A stretch of DNA of 55,014 bases from an uncultured Eubacteriales bacterium (GCA_964389495.1 CAYMDU010000001.1:1-55014), one strand, 5' to 3'; counted from the stretch's first letter, positions 1 to 9,684 are shown. Notes: generated from the sequence alone by a model not told the origin. Numbers and translations: made by a program.

Positions 1-309
1 AAATCGGTAGTTCCAAATGAAAATATTGGTACAGCCTTTATGTATTATCTTCTGAGATTCTTATTACCGACCATCGAGGGAATGGCTTCTGGTTCAACTT
101 TTAAGGAAATATCAGGTGCAGGCATGAAATCTGTCCCTGTTGTAATTCCGGATAACGATACCATCGAAAAATTCAATACTTTTTGTACTCCAATCTTCCA
201 ACAACAGGAAGTACTTGAAGCGGAAAACTCACGACTTTCTAATATTCGAGATGTATTGTTACCTAAGTTGATGTCTGGCGAACTCGATGTTTCTGAAATA
301 GACCTCTAA
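1..309 (+). CDS. hsdS: Type I restriction-modification specificity subunit HsdS, C-terminal part (reading frame open to the left window edge)
   Basis: Frame 1 is open from nt 1. The C-terminal helix ...NIRDVLLPKLMSGELDVSEIDL is typical of HsdS. The gene ends 90 nt upstream of hsdR and shares its AT-rich codon usage. Confidence 0.8.
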   Translation, partial: KSVVPNENIGTAFMYYLLRFLLPTIEGMASGSTFKEISGAGMKSVPVVIPDNDTIEKFNTFCTPIFQQQEVLEAENSRLSNIRDVLLPKLMSGELDVSEIDL

Positions 310-399
310 GCCGCTAAATTATTGTTTAGAATATCTCGCTTGCCGAAAAATACAAAGTTGAAAATTAGCGTAGGATAAATCTTCAAAGGAGAACTGAAA

Positions 400-3300
400 A
401 TGCCGGGATTATATACCGAAGCCGACTATGAAAATTCTGTCATAGAATTATTCAGAAGCGATTTAGGCTATGACTATGTTTACGGTCCTGATATAGAAAG
501 AGATTTTCGCAGTCCGTTATACGATGAAGTATTGGAGGATGCTCTGCATCGTTTGAACAGGGGCCTGCCTTCGGATGCCATTGCTGACGCCTTGTTTAAA
601 TTGCGAAACTTTGAAAACGGCGAACTGGTGCAAAAAAACGCGGTGTTTATGGACTATCTGCAAAACGGTATTCCGGTTAAGTTTTTTGAAAACGGCGAGG
701 AACGCTCTTCTATTGTATATCTTGTGGATTATAAGAACCCCGATAACAACTCCTTCATTGTCGCCAACCAATGGACATTTATTGAAAACAGCAACAAGCG
801 GCCGGATGTGCTTCTTTTCTTAAACGGGTTGCCGGTGGTTTTGATAGAATTGAAATCGCCCTCTCGCGAAGAAACCGATGCCTCCGAAGCCTACACGCAA
901 ATTCGCAATTATATGCACGAAATCCCGTCAATGTTTATCTATAACGCCATTTGTGTTATGAGTGACCAGTTGACTTCAAAAGCCGGAACAATCACATCGG
1001 GCGAAGACCGTTTTATGGAATGGAAAACCAAAGACGGAAACTACGAAAACACCCAATACGCACAGTTTGACACGTTCTTTGAGGGACTGTTCCAAAAAGA
1101 AAGACTGCTTGATATCATTAAAAACTTTATTTGTTTTTCCCATGACGGAACAAACAAAATCAAAATTCTTGCCGGATATCATCAATACTTTGCCGTTCGC
1201 AAAGCGATTGTATCCACACAAAAGGCTGCGGTTACCGACGGTAAAGGCGGGGTGTTTTGGCATACCCAAGGCAGTGGGAAATCGCTGTCGATGGTGTTCT
1301 ATGCGCATTTGCTGCAAGAAGCGTTGGACAGCCCCACCATCGTTGTTCTTACAGACAGAAACGACCTTGACAACCAACTTTACGGACAGTTTGCAAAGTG
1401 CAAAGACTTTTTGCGGCAAGAGCCGGTTCACGCAGAAAGCAGAGAACATTTGAAAACGTGGCTTGCCGGCAGACAGGCAAACGGCATTATCTTCACCACC
1501 ATGCAAAAGTTTGAAGAATCCGTTGAAAGCCTTTCAGAACGCAGAAACATTGTTGTTATGGCAGACGAAGCCCACCGTGGGCAGTACGGACTTGCCGAAA
1601 CAATAGACGAAAAGACAGGAAAAATAAAAATCGGCACAGCGCGCATGATTCGTGACAGTTTGCCCAATGCCACCTATATTGGATTCACCGGAACGCCCAT
1701 TTCTTCAAAAGACCGCAGCACCCGTGAAGTATTCGGTGAGTATATCGATATTTACGATATGACACAGGCTGTCGAGGACGGCGCAACAAGGCCGGTATAT
1801 TACGAAAGCCGAGTTATCAAACTGAATCTCGACCAAAACACAGTAAAACGCATGGATGCGGAATACGACATCATGGCGTTACATGCCGATGCGGAAGTGA
1901 TCGAAAAGAGCAAGCGTGAACTCGGTCAGATGGAAGCAATCTTAGGAAACGATCAGACCATCCACTCTCTTGTGTGCGATATTCTCGACCATTACGAAAA
2001 CAACCGAGAAAATTTGCTTACCGGCAAAGCCATGATAGTTGCCTATTCCAGACCGATTGCCATGAAGATTTACAAACGAATATTGGAACTTCGCCCCGCT
2101 TGGACAGAAAAAGTCGGTGTGGTAATGACTTCCGGTAACAACGACCCCGAAGAATGGCGGGAAATCATCGGCAACAAACAGCATAAAGAAGAGTTGGCAA
2201 AAAAATTCAAGGACAACAACAGCCCCATGAAAATTGCCGTTGTGGTGGATATGTGGCTCACCGGATTTGATGTTCCGTCCCTGGCAACGATGTATGTTTA
2301 CAAGCCGATGTCCGGTCACAATCTTATGCAGGCGATTGCCCGTGTAAATCGAGTTTTCAGAGATAAAGAAGGCGGACTTGTCGTTGATTATGTCGGCATT
2401 GCATCCGCACTCAAACAGGCAATGAATGACTACACCACCCGTGATAAGAAAAACTACGGAGATACCGATGTCGCCAAGGTTGCCTATCCCAAATTCGTTG
2501 AAAAACTTTCTATATGTCGAGATTTGTTCCACGGATACGATTATTCCAAGTTTATCACAGGAACCGACCTTGAAAGAGCAAAAACCATCAGCGGTGCTGT
2601 GAACTTTATCATCGCAAGAGAAAAGGAAGATAAAAAAGATACATTTGTTAAAGAAGCACTGATGCTGCATCAGGCACTATCGCTCTGTTCGTCGCTTATT
2701 GATGAAACAATGCGATTGGAAGCGGCATTCTTTGAATCTGTCCGAGTACTTGCCATCCGATTGATGAACACAGGAACAGGAAAGAAAATTTCCCTGCCGG
2801 AAATGAACGCTCGTATCAATGAACTTTTGAAACAAAGTATCAAGAGCGACGGCGTGATCAATTTGTTCTCCGATGTAAAAGAAGAATTTTCTCTCTTTGA
2901 CCCGAAATTCCTTGAAGAAATCGCAAAGATGAAAGAGAAAAACCTGGCCGTGGAACTTTTGAAAAAGTTGATTGCGGAACAGGTACATATTTATAAAAGA
3001 ACGAATGTTGTGAAATCGCAAAAATTCAGCGAGATTATTCAGGAAGCAATGAACCGATACCTAAACGGTATGTTGACAAATGAACAGGTCATCGAAGAAC
3101 TTTTGAATCTTGCAAAACAGATTGCAGAAGCCCAAAAAGAAGGCGACCAATTAGGCCTTACGGCGGATGAACTGGCATTCTATGATGCTCTCACCAAACC
3201 GCAGGCAATCAAGGACTTTTACGAAAACGAAGAACTGATTACCATCACCAAAGAATTGGCCGATACCCTTCGCAAGAATAAAACAATCGATTGGCAAAAG

Positions 3301-3444
3301 CGAGAATCGGCAAGAGCCAAAATGCGTATGCTCATCAAAAAGCTGTTAAAGAAGCATAAATACCCACCCGAAGGTATGGAAGATGCCGTGCAAACGGTTA
3401 TGACACAGTGCGAACTTTGGACGGATAACAGTATGGATGTGTAA
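400..3444 (+). CDS. hsdR: Type I restriction enzyme R subunit (HsdR), 1014 aa
   Basis: N-terminal nuclease region with LFLNGLPVVLIELKSP. Helicase motifs are TQGSGKS (Walker A) and MADEAHRGQYG (DEAH box). The C-terminal region has FYDAL as in HsdR C-terminal domains. Confidence 0.95.
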   Translation: MPGLYTEADYENSVIELFRSDLGYDYVYGPDIERDFRSPLYDEVLEDALHRLNRGLPSDAIADALFKLRNFENGELVQKNAVFMDYLQNGIPVKFFENGEERSSIVYLVDYKNPDNNSFIVANQWTFIENSNKRPDVLLFLNGLPVVLIELKSPSREETDASEAYTQIRNYMHEIPSMFIYNAICVMSDQLTSKAGTITSGEDRFMEWKTKDGNYENTQYAQFDTFFEGLFQKERLLDIIKNFICFSHDGTNKIKILAGYHQYFAVRKAIVSTQKAAVTDGKGGVFWHTQGSGKSLSMVFYAHLLQEALDSPTIVVLTDRNDLDNQLYGQFAKCKDFLRQEPVHAESREHLKTWLAGRQANGIIFTTMQKFEESVESLSERRNIVVMADEAHRGQYGLAETIDEKTGKIKIGTARMIRDSLPNATYIGFTGTPISSKDRSTREVFGEYIDIYDMTQAVEDGATRPVYYESRVIKLNLDQNTVKRMDAEYDIMALHADAEVIEKSKRELGQMEAILGNDQTIHSLVCDILDHYENNRENLLTGKAMIVAYSRPIAMKIYKRILELRPAWTEKVGVVMTSGNNDPEEWREIIGNKQHKEELAKKFKDNNSPMKIAVVVDMWLTGFDVPSLATMYVYKPMSGHNLMQAIARVNRVFRDKEGGLVVDYVGIASALKQAMNDYTTRDKKNYGDTDVAKVAYPKFVEKLSICRDLFHGYDYSKFITGTDLERAKTISGAVNFIIAREKEDKKDTFVKEALMLHQALSLCSSLIDETMRLEAAFFESVRVLAIRLMNTGTGKKISLPEMNARINELLKQSIKSDGVINLFSDVKEEFSLFDPKFLEEIAKMKEKNLAVELLKKLIAEQVHIYKRTNVVKSQKFSEIIQEAMNRYLNGMLTNEQVIEELLNLAKQIAEAQKEGDQLGLTADELAFYDALTKPQAIKDFYENEELITITKELADTLRKNKTIDWQKRESARAKMRMLIKKLLKKHKYPPEGMEDAVQTVMTQCELWTDNSMDV

Positions 3445-3550
3445 TATTATTTTATATCGGGTCTTAGGGTGTTCCTAACGAATACCGTTTTGTATCCGCC
3501 AAAATAAAAGCAGTCTGCTCGCTAAGCCGATACAAAAACTATCGTCAACG

Positions 3551-3600
3551 CAAAAACAAAGGCACCGTCCACGGATTTTTGTCCGTCGGCTGTGCCTTTG
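3551..3600 (-). terminator. Imperfect hairpin plus T-tract downstream of the nnrD-lipoprotein operon, at the AT-rich/GC-rich junction
   Basis: Minus strand reads AAAGGCACAGCCGACGGACAAAAATCCGTGGACGGTGCCTTTGTTTTTGCG: an outer 8-bp and an inner 5-bp stem with an internal loop, followed by a T-rich run. Confidence 0.55.
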
Positions 3601-3662
3601 CTGTCACCTTGCACTTTGTACTGTCCGCCTTGTTGTTCAAAACTGACATATGCCCCGGGGCC

Positions 3663-4190
3663 TCAGCCCTCCGTTTTTTCTTGCTGTTCCCATTGGGAAA
3701 AGGTGGCCTGCAACGGCAACGCGGGAACCGACAGCGACAGCGGCCACCCCGTTTCGGCATCGCACACCAGCTCATACCGGCCGTTGGCGCCTTCGCCCGC
3801 AATCACCGTGTTCCCGTTCTGCCGGGTGCGTTCGCCTTCGCCACGCACCGTGGCATCCCACACCGCCAGCAGTTCCTCGCCCAGTGCCCCTTCCGGCACC
3901 GTATCCGGGTCCATGGAAAACGACAAGCCGTGCCAGGACAGCTCCACCGTTTCTCCGTTCCAGCAAGCCCGCAGGCCCGCCAGCGTTTCCGGCTGCGAAA
4001 AGGTAACGGCCAGCGTTCCCGCTGCCTCGCGTTCCAGCGTTCCTTCCACGGCCATGTCGCGGTATTCCGCCTGCACCCGGCACGAAAAGAACGCCCCCAC
4101 CGGCTCTGCCGCCGGCTTGGCCCGCCGGCACCCCGTCATCGTCAACAACCACAGCCCCATCACGCACAGCGCAATTCGGCGCATCGGCAT
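3663..4190 (-). CDS. Hypothetical lipoprotein, translationally coupled to nnrD
   Basis: The internal start MPMRRIALCVMGLWLLTMTGC carries a lipobox (LTMTG-C). Its ATG at 4190 overlaps the nnrD stop (TGATG). I recognise no family. Confidence 0.7.
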   Translation of the reverse strand: MPMRRIALCVMGLWLLTMTGCRRAKPAAEPVGAFFSCRVQAEYRDMAVEGTLEREAAGTLAVTFSQPETLAGLRACWNGETVELSWHGLSFSMDPDTVPEGALGEELLAVWDATVRGEGERTRQNGNTVIAGEGANGRYELVCDAETGWPLSLSVPALPLQATFSQWEQQEKTEG

Positions 4191-5110
4191 CACTCCTGCT
4201 GTTCGATTGTGAGGAACACCTTGCCCAGTTCTTCCAGCATATCCGTGGGCAGCAACGCCCGCTGCGACACCCGCGCGGCCGCGGCATCGCCGGCCAGCCC
4301 GTGCAAATACACGCCGCACACCGCCGTATCCCAGGCCGTCAGCGACCCTGCCGCTGCCAGCCCCGCCAGCATGCCCGCCAGCACATCGCCGCTTCCGGCC
4401 ACCGCCATGCCGGCGTTGCCGCTTTCGTTACTATACACCTGCCCGTGCGGGTCGGCCACCACCGTGCGGTGCCCTTTCAGCACCGTCACGCACCGAAACC
4501 GCCGTGCCGCTTCGCCGGCCAGCCGCACACGCAACTGCTCCCGTTCGGCCGCGTCGCACGCCGTGTCGCGTCCCAACAGCCGGTCGCGCTCGGCCGGTTC
4601 CAGTGCCAGCAATCGCGCCAGTTCCAGCGGATGCGGTGTCAAAATACAACGCTCCTCGCTGTTGCGCCGAACAAACGGTTCCTCCAACTTATCTATATGC
4701 CGCGCCAGGCAATTTATACCGTCGGCATCCACAATCAGCATCCGGTCGCTCGGCGTGCCGCCCAAAACCGCCCGCACCGCGGCCAACGCGCCGCGGCCTT
4801 GCCCCAGCCCGCAACCCACCAGCACGGCCGTGGCCGCCCGACACGCCGGCCTCCGCACCGCCGCGGCTGCTCGGCGACAGGGCACAAACACCGCTTCGGG
4901 CAGCCGTTGCGCCACCGTGGGATACACACTGTGCGGAAGCACCGCCATCACCTTGCCGGCCCCGCAACGGTAGGCCGCCGTTCCCGCCAACACGGCGGCA
5001 CCGGCCATGCCGTAGCTGCCGCACACCGACAGCACCGTGCCGAAACTCCCTTTGTGCGTATCCGCCGCCCGCGGCGGCAGACAACGGCGCACGGTATCCT
5101 GCATTGTCAT
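4190..5110 (-). CDS. nnrD: ADP-dependent NAD(P)H-hydrate dehydratase (YjeF C-terminal/carbohydrate-kinase family)
   Basis: THKGSFGTVLSVCGSYGMAGAAVLAG, TPHPLELARL and GNAGMAVAGSGDVLAGMLAG match NnrD motifs. The ATG at 5110 follows a GGAGGG SD at 6 nt. Confidence 0.85.
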   Translation of the reverse strand: MTMQDTVRRCLPPRAADTHKGSFGTVLSVCGSYGMAGAAVLAGTAAYRCGAGKVMAVLPHSVYPTVAQRLPEAVFVPCRRAAAAVRRPACRAATAVLVGCGLGQGRGALAAVRAVLGGTPSDRMLIVDADGINCLARHIDKLEEPFVRRNSEERCILTPHPLELARLLALEPAERDRLLGRDTACDAAEREQLRVRLAGEAARRFRCVTVLKGHRTVVADPHGQVYSNESGNAGMAVAGSGDVLAGMLAGLAAAGSLTAWDTAVCGVYLHGLAGDAAAARVSQRALLPTDMLEELGKVFLTIEQQE

Positions 5111-5159
5111 GTTGCTTCCCTCCGAAAACAAAGCGCGGATGAACCCATCCGCGCCGCAT

Positions 5160-5666
5160 TTATTTATCCCATTCGTTTTGCAGCAGGCGCGGCAACCCCG
5201 CCCGAAACGCTTCTGTCACCCGTTCGTTCGGCTGAAACACCACCAGCGTGTGCCCGCGCTTTTTGCTGCGATAGCTAAAACAGTACAGCCCGTCTTCTTT
5301 TTCCGACGGCGCCGCCAGCACCACACGGTCCACCTGCCGTCCTTGCCATTGCAATGGGTCATAGCGGCCCGCCGTTTCCACTTTGTGCAGCGCCACCGAC
5401 ACCACCCGCTCCCGCTTGCGGCGGGCAATAATGCGGTCAATGTCAATGTCGCCGTTGGTGATGCAATACTCATATTCGCTGTTCATGCCCGTAAGCAGCC
5501 ACCACATGGCCACACCGATCAGCACCAAAAGGATGGGCGCATACGGCGTGAGAAACAAAAAAGTAAACACCACCAGCACCGACGCAATCGCCATGGTGAG
5601 CACCGCCATGACCACCTGCGCCTTGGTTTTCTTGCGCACAATAATCTGTTCCACAAATGTATCCAC
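5160..5666 (-). CDS. Hypothetical membrane protein with two TM helices then a soluble domain; start uncertain (the ORF is open up to 5735)
   Basis: Hydrophobic stretch AVLTMAIASVLVVFTFLFLTPYAPILLVLIGVAMWWLL followed by EYEYCITNGDIDIDRIIARRKRERV. A GTG at 5666 is preceded by AAAGGTG. The longer ORF would overlap the uvrC 3' end. Confidence 0.55.
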   Translation of the reverse strand: MDTFVEQIIVRKKTKAQVVMAVLTMAIASVLVVFTFLFLTPYAPILLVLIGVAMWWLLTGMNSEYEYCITNGDIDIDRIIARRKRERVVSVALHKVETAGRYDPLQWQGRQVDRVVLAAPSEKEDGLYCFSYRSKKRGHTLVVFQPNERVTEAFRAGLPRLLQNEWDK

Positions 5667-5718
5667 TGCTGTCACACCTTTCACACAGTAGTATACCGCA
5701 CTTTCTTCCAAAAAGCAA

Positions 5719-7563
5719 TCAATTTTCCTCGGCAAAAAACCGGGCCACCGCTTCGGCGGCCGGGCGAGTCATGCCCTTCACCGCCGCCAACTGCTCCACC
5801 GTGGCACCGCGCACCGCCGTTACCGACCCGAAATGCCGCAACAGCAACGCCGCCCGTTTGGCCCCCACGCCGCGAATGTCCGTGAGCGTGCTGCCCACCG
5901 CGCGCCGCCGCTTTTGCCGATGATACCCAATCGCCGCCCGGTGCACTTCCTCCTGAATGGACGACACCAAAGTAAACGCCGCCCGGTGCCCCTGAACGGC
6001 AATTTCGCCGCCGTCGGCTGTCACCGTGCGCGTGCGGTGATGCCCGTCTTTCACCAGACCGAACACCGGAATGTCATACCCCAACTCCCGCACCAGCGGC
6101 TTCACCGCTTCCAGCTGCCCGCGGCCGCCGTCCAGCAAAATCAAATCCGGCAATTCGCCAAACCCTTTGCCGCTGTCGCGGTGAGCCTCATACTCCCGCA
6201 ACCGCCGCGTAATCACCTCGCGCAGGCACGCACAGTCGTCTTGCCCCTGCGCCTCGCGAATGGCAAACCGCCGGTATTCGCGGCGATCGGGGCGCCCGTT
6301 GCGAAACACCACCATGGCGCCCACCGCATCGGTCCCGCCGGTGTGCGAAATGTCATAACTCTCCACACGCACCGGCAACAACGGCAGCCCCAACAGCCGG
6401 CGCAATTCTTCCAGCGCCGTCACATCCCGGCCGCCGGCTTCCAACTGCCGTGCCACCCGCTCGGCCGCGTTGTCGCGGCACATGGCAAGCAACTGCGCCT
6501 GTTGCCCCTTTTGCGGGAACACCAGCCGCACCGCATAGCGCGCGCCCTGCTCGGCCGCCCGCTGTGTCAGCCACTGCCCAAGCAGCTCGGCGTCCTCCAC
6601 CGGCCCTTCCATCACAATCCGCGGCGGCACCGCTTCGCGCACGGAATAATACCGCCGCAAAAATTCCGCTTTGGCCGCCGGCGTGTCCTCGGTCACCTCC
6701 ACCAAAAACTCCTCGCGGTCCGACAACGCACCGCCCGTAAAGCGAAACACCTCAAAGCACGCCACTTCGCCCGCTTGCGCCAGCGCAATAATGTCCTGCC
6801 GCGGCACCGACGATTGCACCACCTTTTGCCGCTCGCCCAACTTGGCCAGCGCGCGAATGCGGTCGCGCAGGCGCGCCGCCGTTTCAAAATCCAGCGCCTC
6901 GGCCGCCGCGTTCATCCGTTGCGTGAGCAACGCCGTCAGGCGGGCACCGCCCTGTGTCAAATAGGTCACCGCCTGCTCCACCCGCTCGGCATAGTCCGCC
7001 TCGCTCACCCGGCCGGTGCAGGGCGCACAGCATTGCCCAATGTGGTGATTCAGGCACGGGCGATCGCCGCGGTGCCCGTATTGCAGCGCCTTTTTGCAGG
7101 TGGACAGCTGAAACACCCGATTCACCTCATCCACCGCCTGCCGCAGCACATAGGAACTCATATACGGCCCCAGATACCGCGCCCCGTCGTTGCGCTGCTG
7201 CATCACCGCCGTGATGCGGGAATACGGCGGCGGCGACACACGAATGTAGCAATACCCCTTGTCGTCTTTCAGCAAAATATTATACTTGGGTGCATATTGC
7301 TTAATCAGCGAACATTCCAGCACCAATGCTTCAAATTCGCTGTCGGCCACCAGGTATTCAAAATGGTCCACATGGCTCACCATTTGCCGCACCTTTTCCG
7401 TGTGGTTGGTGTCGGCCCCGAAATACTGGCTCACCCGGTTGCGCAACGCCTTGGCCTTGCCAATGTAAATCACGGTGCCGCGGCTGTCTTTCATCAAATA
7501 CACACCCGGCTGCAACGGCAGCGCCATGGCGCGCCGCCGTAATTCGCGAATATGGTCTGTCAC
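5719..7563 (-). CDS. uvrC: Excinuclease ABC subunit C (UvrC)
   Basis: GIY-YIG N-terminus (PGVYLMKDSRGTVIYIGKAKALRNRVSQYF), a UvrBC-interaction region and a C-terminal HhH (LTDIRGVGAKRAALLLRHFGS). The GTG at 7563 is preceded by GGAGGTGACACC. Confidence 0.93.
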   Translation of the reverse strand: MTDHIRELRRRAMALPLQPGVYLMKDSRGTVIYIGKAKALRNRVSQYFGADTNHTEKVRQMVSHVDHFEYLVADSEFEALVLECSLIKQYAPKYNILLKDDKGYCYIRVSPPPYSRITAVMQQRNDGARYLGPYMSSYVLRQAVDEVNRVFQLSTCKKALQYGHRGDRPCLNHHIGQCCAPCTGRVSEADYAERVEQAVTYLTQGGARLTALLTQRMNAAAEALDFETAARLRDRIRALAKLGERQKVVQSSVPRQDIIALAQAGEVACFEVFRFTGGALSDREEFLVEVTEDTPAAKAEFLRRYYSVREAVPPRIVMEGPVEDAELLGQWLTQRAAEQGARYAVRLVFPQKGQQAQLLAMCRDNAAERVARQLEAGGRDVTALEELRRLLGLPLLPVRVESYDISHTGGTDAVGAMVVFRNGRPDRREYRRFAIREAQGQDDCACLREVITRRLREYEAHRDSGKGFGELPDLILLDGGRGQLEAVKPLVRELGYDIPVFGLVKDGHHRTRTVTADGGEIAVQGHRAAFTLVSSIQEEVHRAAIGYHRQKRRRAVGSTLTDIRGVGAKRAALLLRHFGSVTAVRGATVEQLAAVKGMTRPAAEAVARFFAEEN

Positions 7564-7577
7564 GGTGTCACCTCCAA

Positions 7578-7608
7578 CAAAAAAGCGCAGCCGCCAACGC
7601 GACTGCGC
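7578..7608 (-). terminator. Rho-independent terminator of ptsH, ending about 15 nt before the uvrC start
   Basis: Minus strand reads GCGCAGTCGCGTTGGCGGCTGCGC followed by TTTTTTGTT. Confidence 0.6.
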
Positions 7609-7657
7609 AACGGACGCTTCACAGCCTCGTGAAACCTCCCAAAACACGCCCTCTGAC

Positions 7658-7921
7658 TTACTCGGCAAATCCCGAATTCACCAACGCCACCAGCGACTCC
7701 ACGGCGTTTTCTTCGTCGTTGCCGTCGGCCGTGATGCGAATGGTGGTGCCGCCCACAATGCCCAGCGACAACACACCCAGCAAGCTCTTGGCATTCACGC
7801 GGCGATCTTCCTTTTCCACCCAAATCGACGCTTTAAATTCGTTTGCCTTTTGGATGAAAAATGTGGCGGGACGGGCATGCAGGCCAACTTGATTCTGCAC
7901 CAAAACCTCTTTTACGTACAT
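7658..7921 (-). CDS. ptsH: Phosphocarrier protein HPr
   Basis: MYVKEVLVQNQVGLHARPAT carries the His-15 motif and KSLLGVLSLG the Ser-46 motif. A GAGGGAG SD lies 8 nt upstream of the ATG at 7921. Confidence 0.9.
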   Translation of the reverse strand: MYVKEVLVQNQVGLHARPATFFIQKANEFKASIWVEKEDRRVNAKSLLGVLSLGIVGGTTIRITADGNDEENAVESLVALVNSGFAE

Positions 7922-7980
7922 ACAATAACTCCCTCTCATCACAGATTATACCGGTGAATTTAATTCTTAGGTTAGTATAT

Positions 7981-8008
7981 ATTATATCACATTTTTGCGT
8001 TCGGTCAA
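7981..8008 (-). promoter_or_regulatory. Sigma-A type promoter for ptsH
   Basis: Minus strand reads TTGACC, 16 nt, TATAAT, with a TGTG -16 element (AATGTGATATAAT). Confidence 0.55.
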
Positions 8009-8123
8009 ACAAAATTACCGACAAAATCGCCTCAATTTTGCAACTTTGGTTATCTGCCCTGTTTTTGCCGAAAAGCCCGTCTCCGATTTATGCAACTTGT
8101 CCATATCCGTGGATAACTTTTGG

Positions 8124-8867
8124 TTATTTTACCGTATCCTGTGCGGCTTGCTGTTGCAAAAAGCGCCGGTCGGCGTCGGTCAGCTCCGCGTGTTCCAGCA
8201 TATCCGGGCGGTGTTTCAGCGTGCGCAACAGCGACTGCTCCCGGCGCCACGCCGCAATGTTCGCATGGTGACCGGTGAGCAACACCGGCGGCACTTCGCG
8301 CCCTTCCCACACCGCGGGCCGCGTGTATTGCGGGTATTCCAGCAGCGAGGAAAAATGGCTTTCTTCCGTGAAACACAATTCGTCCGAAAGCACCCCCGGA
8401 ATCATGCGGGAAACGCAATCGGCCAGCACCAGCGCCGGCAGTTCGCCCCCCGTCAGCACATAATCGCCCACCGAAATCTGTTCGTCCACCAGGGCATCCA
8501 GCACACGCTCGTCCACGCCTTCGTAGTGCCCGCACAGCAAACACAGTTCCGGCAGCTGCGCCAACTCCCGCGCGCGTTGCTGGGTCAGCGGCTGCCCTTG
8601 CGGCGACAGGTAAATCAAATGCGGCCGATGCCCCACCTGCTCGCACACCGCGCGAAAACAGTCGGCAATCGGCTGGGCAAACATCACCATGCCCATGCCG
8701 CCGCCATAGGGATAGTCGTCCACCTGCTTTTGCTTGTTGTCGGTGTAGTCGCGGATTTGGTGAAACCGAAAATCCAAAATCCCCCGTTGCCGGGCACGCC
8801 CGATAATGCTTTCCGCCATCATGCGGTCGCACGCTTCGGGAAACAGTGTCAAAAAATCAATTCTCAT
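8124..8867 (-). CDS. trmD: tRNA (guanine37-N1)-methyltransferase TrmD
   Basis: MRIDFLTLFPE...DDYPYGGGMGMVM...LLCGHYEGVDERV are TrmD hallmarks. The start overlaps the rimM 3' end by 11 nt. Confidence 0.93.
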   Translation of the reverse strand: MRIDFLTLFPEACDRMMAESIIGRARQRGILDFRFHQIRDYTDNKQKQVDDYPYGGGMGMVMFAQPIADCFRAVCEQVGHRPHLIYLSPQGQPLTQQRARELAQLPELCLLCGHYEGVDERVLDALVDEQISVGDYVLTGGELPALVLADCVSRMIPGVLSDELCFTEESHFSSLLEYPQYTRPAVWEGREVPPVLLTGHHANIAAWRREQSLLRTLKHRPDMLEHAELTDADRRFLQQQAAQDTVK

Positions 8868-9372
8868 CGTCAAACAGCCCCAACATCGGAAAAATACGGA
8901 TTTCGCCGCCGTCAATATCCACACGGCGAATCACATCGGGAATCGCGGGAATCAGCACCTCGTCGCCCGCGGGCGTGCGCATGTGATACACCGCGTTGGC
9001 CCCCGTTTGCGACACATCGGTGCACTCCCCGTACACCTCACCGGTGTCGTCGTTCACCACCGACAGCCCCAACAGGTCCTGAATAAAATACCGCCCCGGC
9101 TCCAACCGAATATCGCGCCTGTCCAAATACAGCCGTTGCCCGCGCAGCGCCGCCGCCGCTTCCACCGTGTCCACGCCGTCCAGTTTCACCAGCGCCACGG
9201 TTTTGTGCGCCCGCGCTTTCACCCGCACCGGCCGCGCGCCGGCATCGAAATACAGCGTTTTCAGCCGTGCCAGCACTTCGGGCGAATCGCATTCCGGGCG
9301 CACGCGCACTTCGCCGCGTACCCCGTGCGTTCCCACAATTTCGCCGGCTTCCAAATAGCGATGCTTTGGCAT
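8857..9372 (-). CDS. rimM: 16S rRNA processing protein RimM
   Basis: YLEAGEIVGTHGVRGEVRV is the RimM N-terminus, followed by a PRC-barrel C-terminus. Conserved position upstream of trmD. Confidence 0.9.
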   Translation of the reverse strand: MPKHRYLEAGEIVGTHGVRGEVRVRPECDSPEVLARLKTLYFDAGARPVRVKARAHKTVALVKLDGVDTVEAAAALRGQRLYLDRRDIRLEPGRYFIQDLLGLSVVNDDTGEVYGECTDVSQTGANAVYHMRTPAGDEVLIPAIPDVIRRVDIDGGEIRIFPMLGLFDDEN

Positions 9373-9429
9373 TGTTGTTCCTCCGTTCGAAAAGGCCTCC
9401 CACAGAACCCGTCTGTGAGAGGCAATCCG

Positions 9430-9666
9430 TTAATCGTCGATTTCCACCATGACTTTGGCATCTCGGCGGGAAGCCGCGGCACGCATCACGGTGCGCATTG
9501 CCTTGGCAATGCGACCCTGCTTGCCGATCACACGGCCCATGTCGTCTGCCGCCACGCGCAAATGAAACACCACCGTGCCGTCTTCACGCGGGTCGTCTTG
9601 GGTAACCGTGACTGCCGCGGGGTCTTCCACCAAACCGCGGGCAATCGTCAACAGCAATTCTTCCAT
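9430..9666 (-). CDS. KH-domain RNA-binding protein (YlqC/UPF0109 family)
   Basis: VIGKQGRIAKAMRTV is a GXXG KH motif. 78 aa, in the conserved position between rpsP and rimM. Confidence 0.85.
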   Translation of the reverse strand: MEELLLTIARGLVEDPAAVTVTQDDPREDGTVVFHLRVAADDMGRVIGKQGRIAKAMRTVMRAAASRRDAKVMVEIDD

Positions 9667-9684
9667 GGTTGCACCTTTCCGCGC

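Noticed and set aside
3579-4973. 464-aa ORF on the plus strand, plus several nested ORFs at 3592-5278.
   Set aside because: It is antisense to nnrD and the lipoprotein gene. The products are Arg/Pro/Ala/Ser-rich low-complexity strings with no SD. This is the typical open antisense frame of GC-rich coding DNA.
5833-7542. 569-aa ORF antisense to uvrC.
   Set aside because: Arg/His/Pro/Gln-rich nonsense composition. uvrC on the other strand has clear GIY-YIG and HhH motifs.
7981-7996. The recurrent word AAAATGTGATATA (also at about 21317-21329 and 38578-38591) looked like a CRP/FNR-type half-site (AAATGTGAT).
   Set aside because: In all three places it coincides with the -10 region of a minus-strand promoter. 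It is explained by the Firmicute -16 TRTG element plus TATAAT-like hexamer. No second half-site is present.
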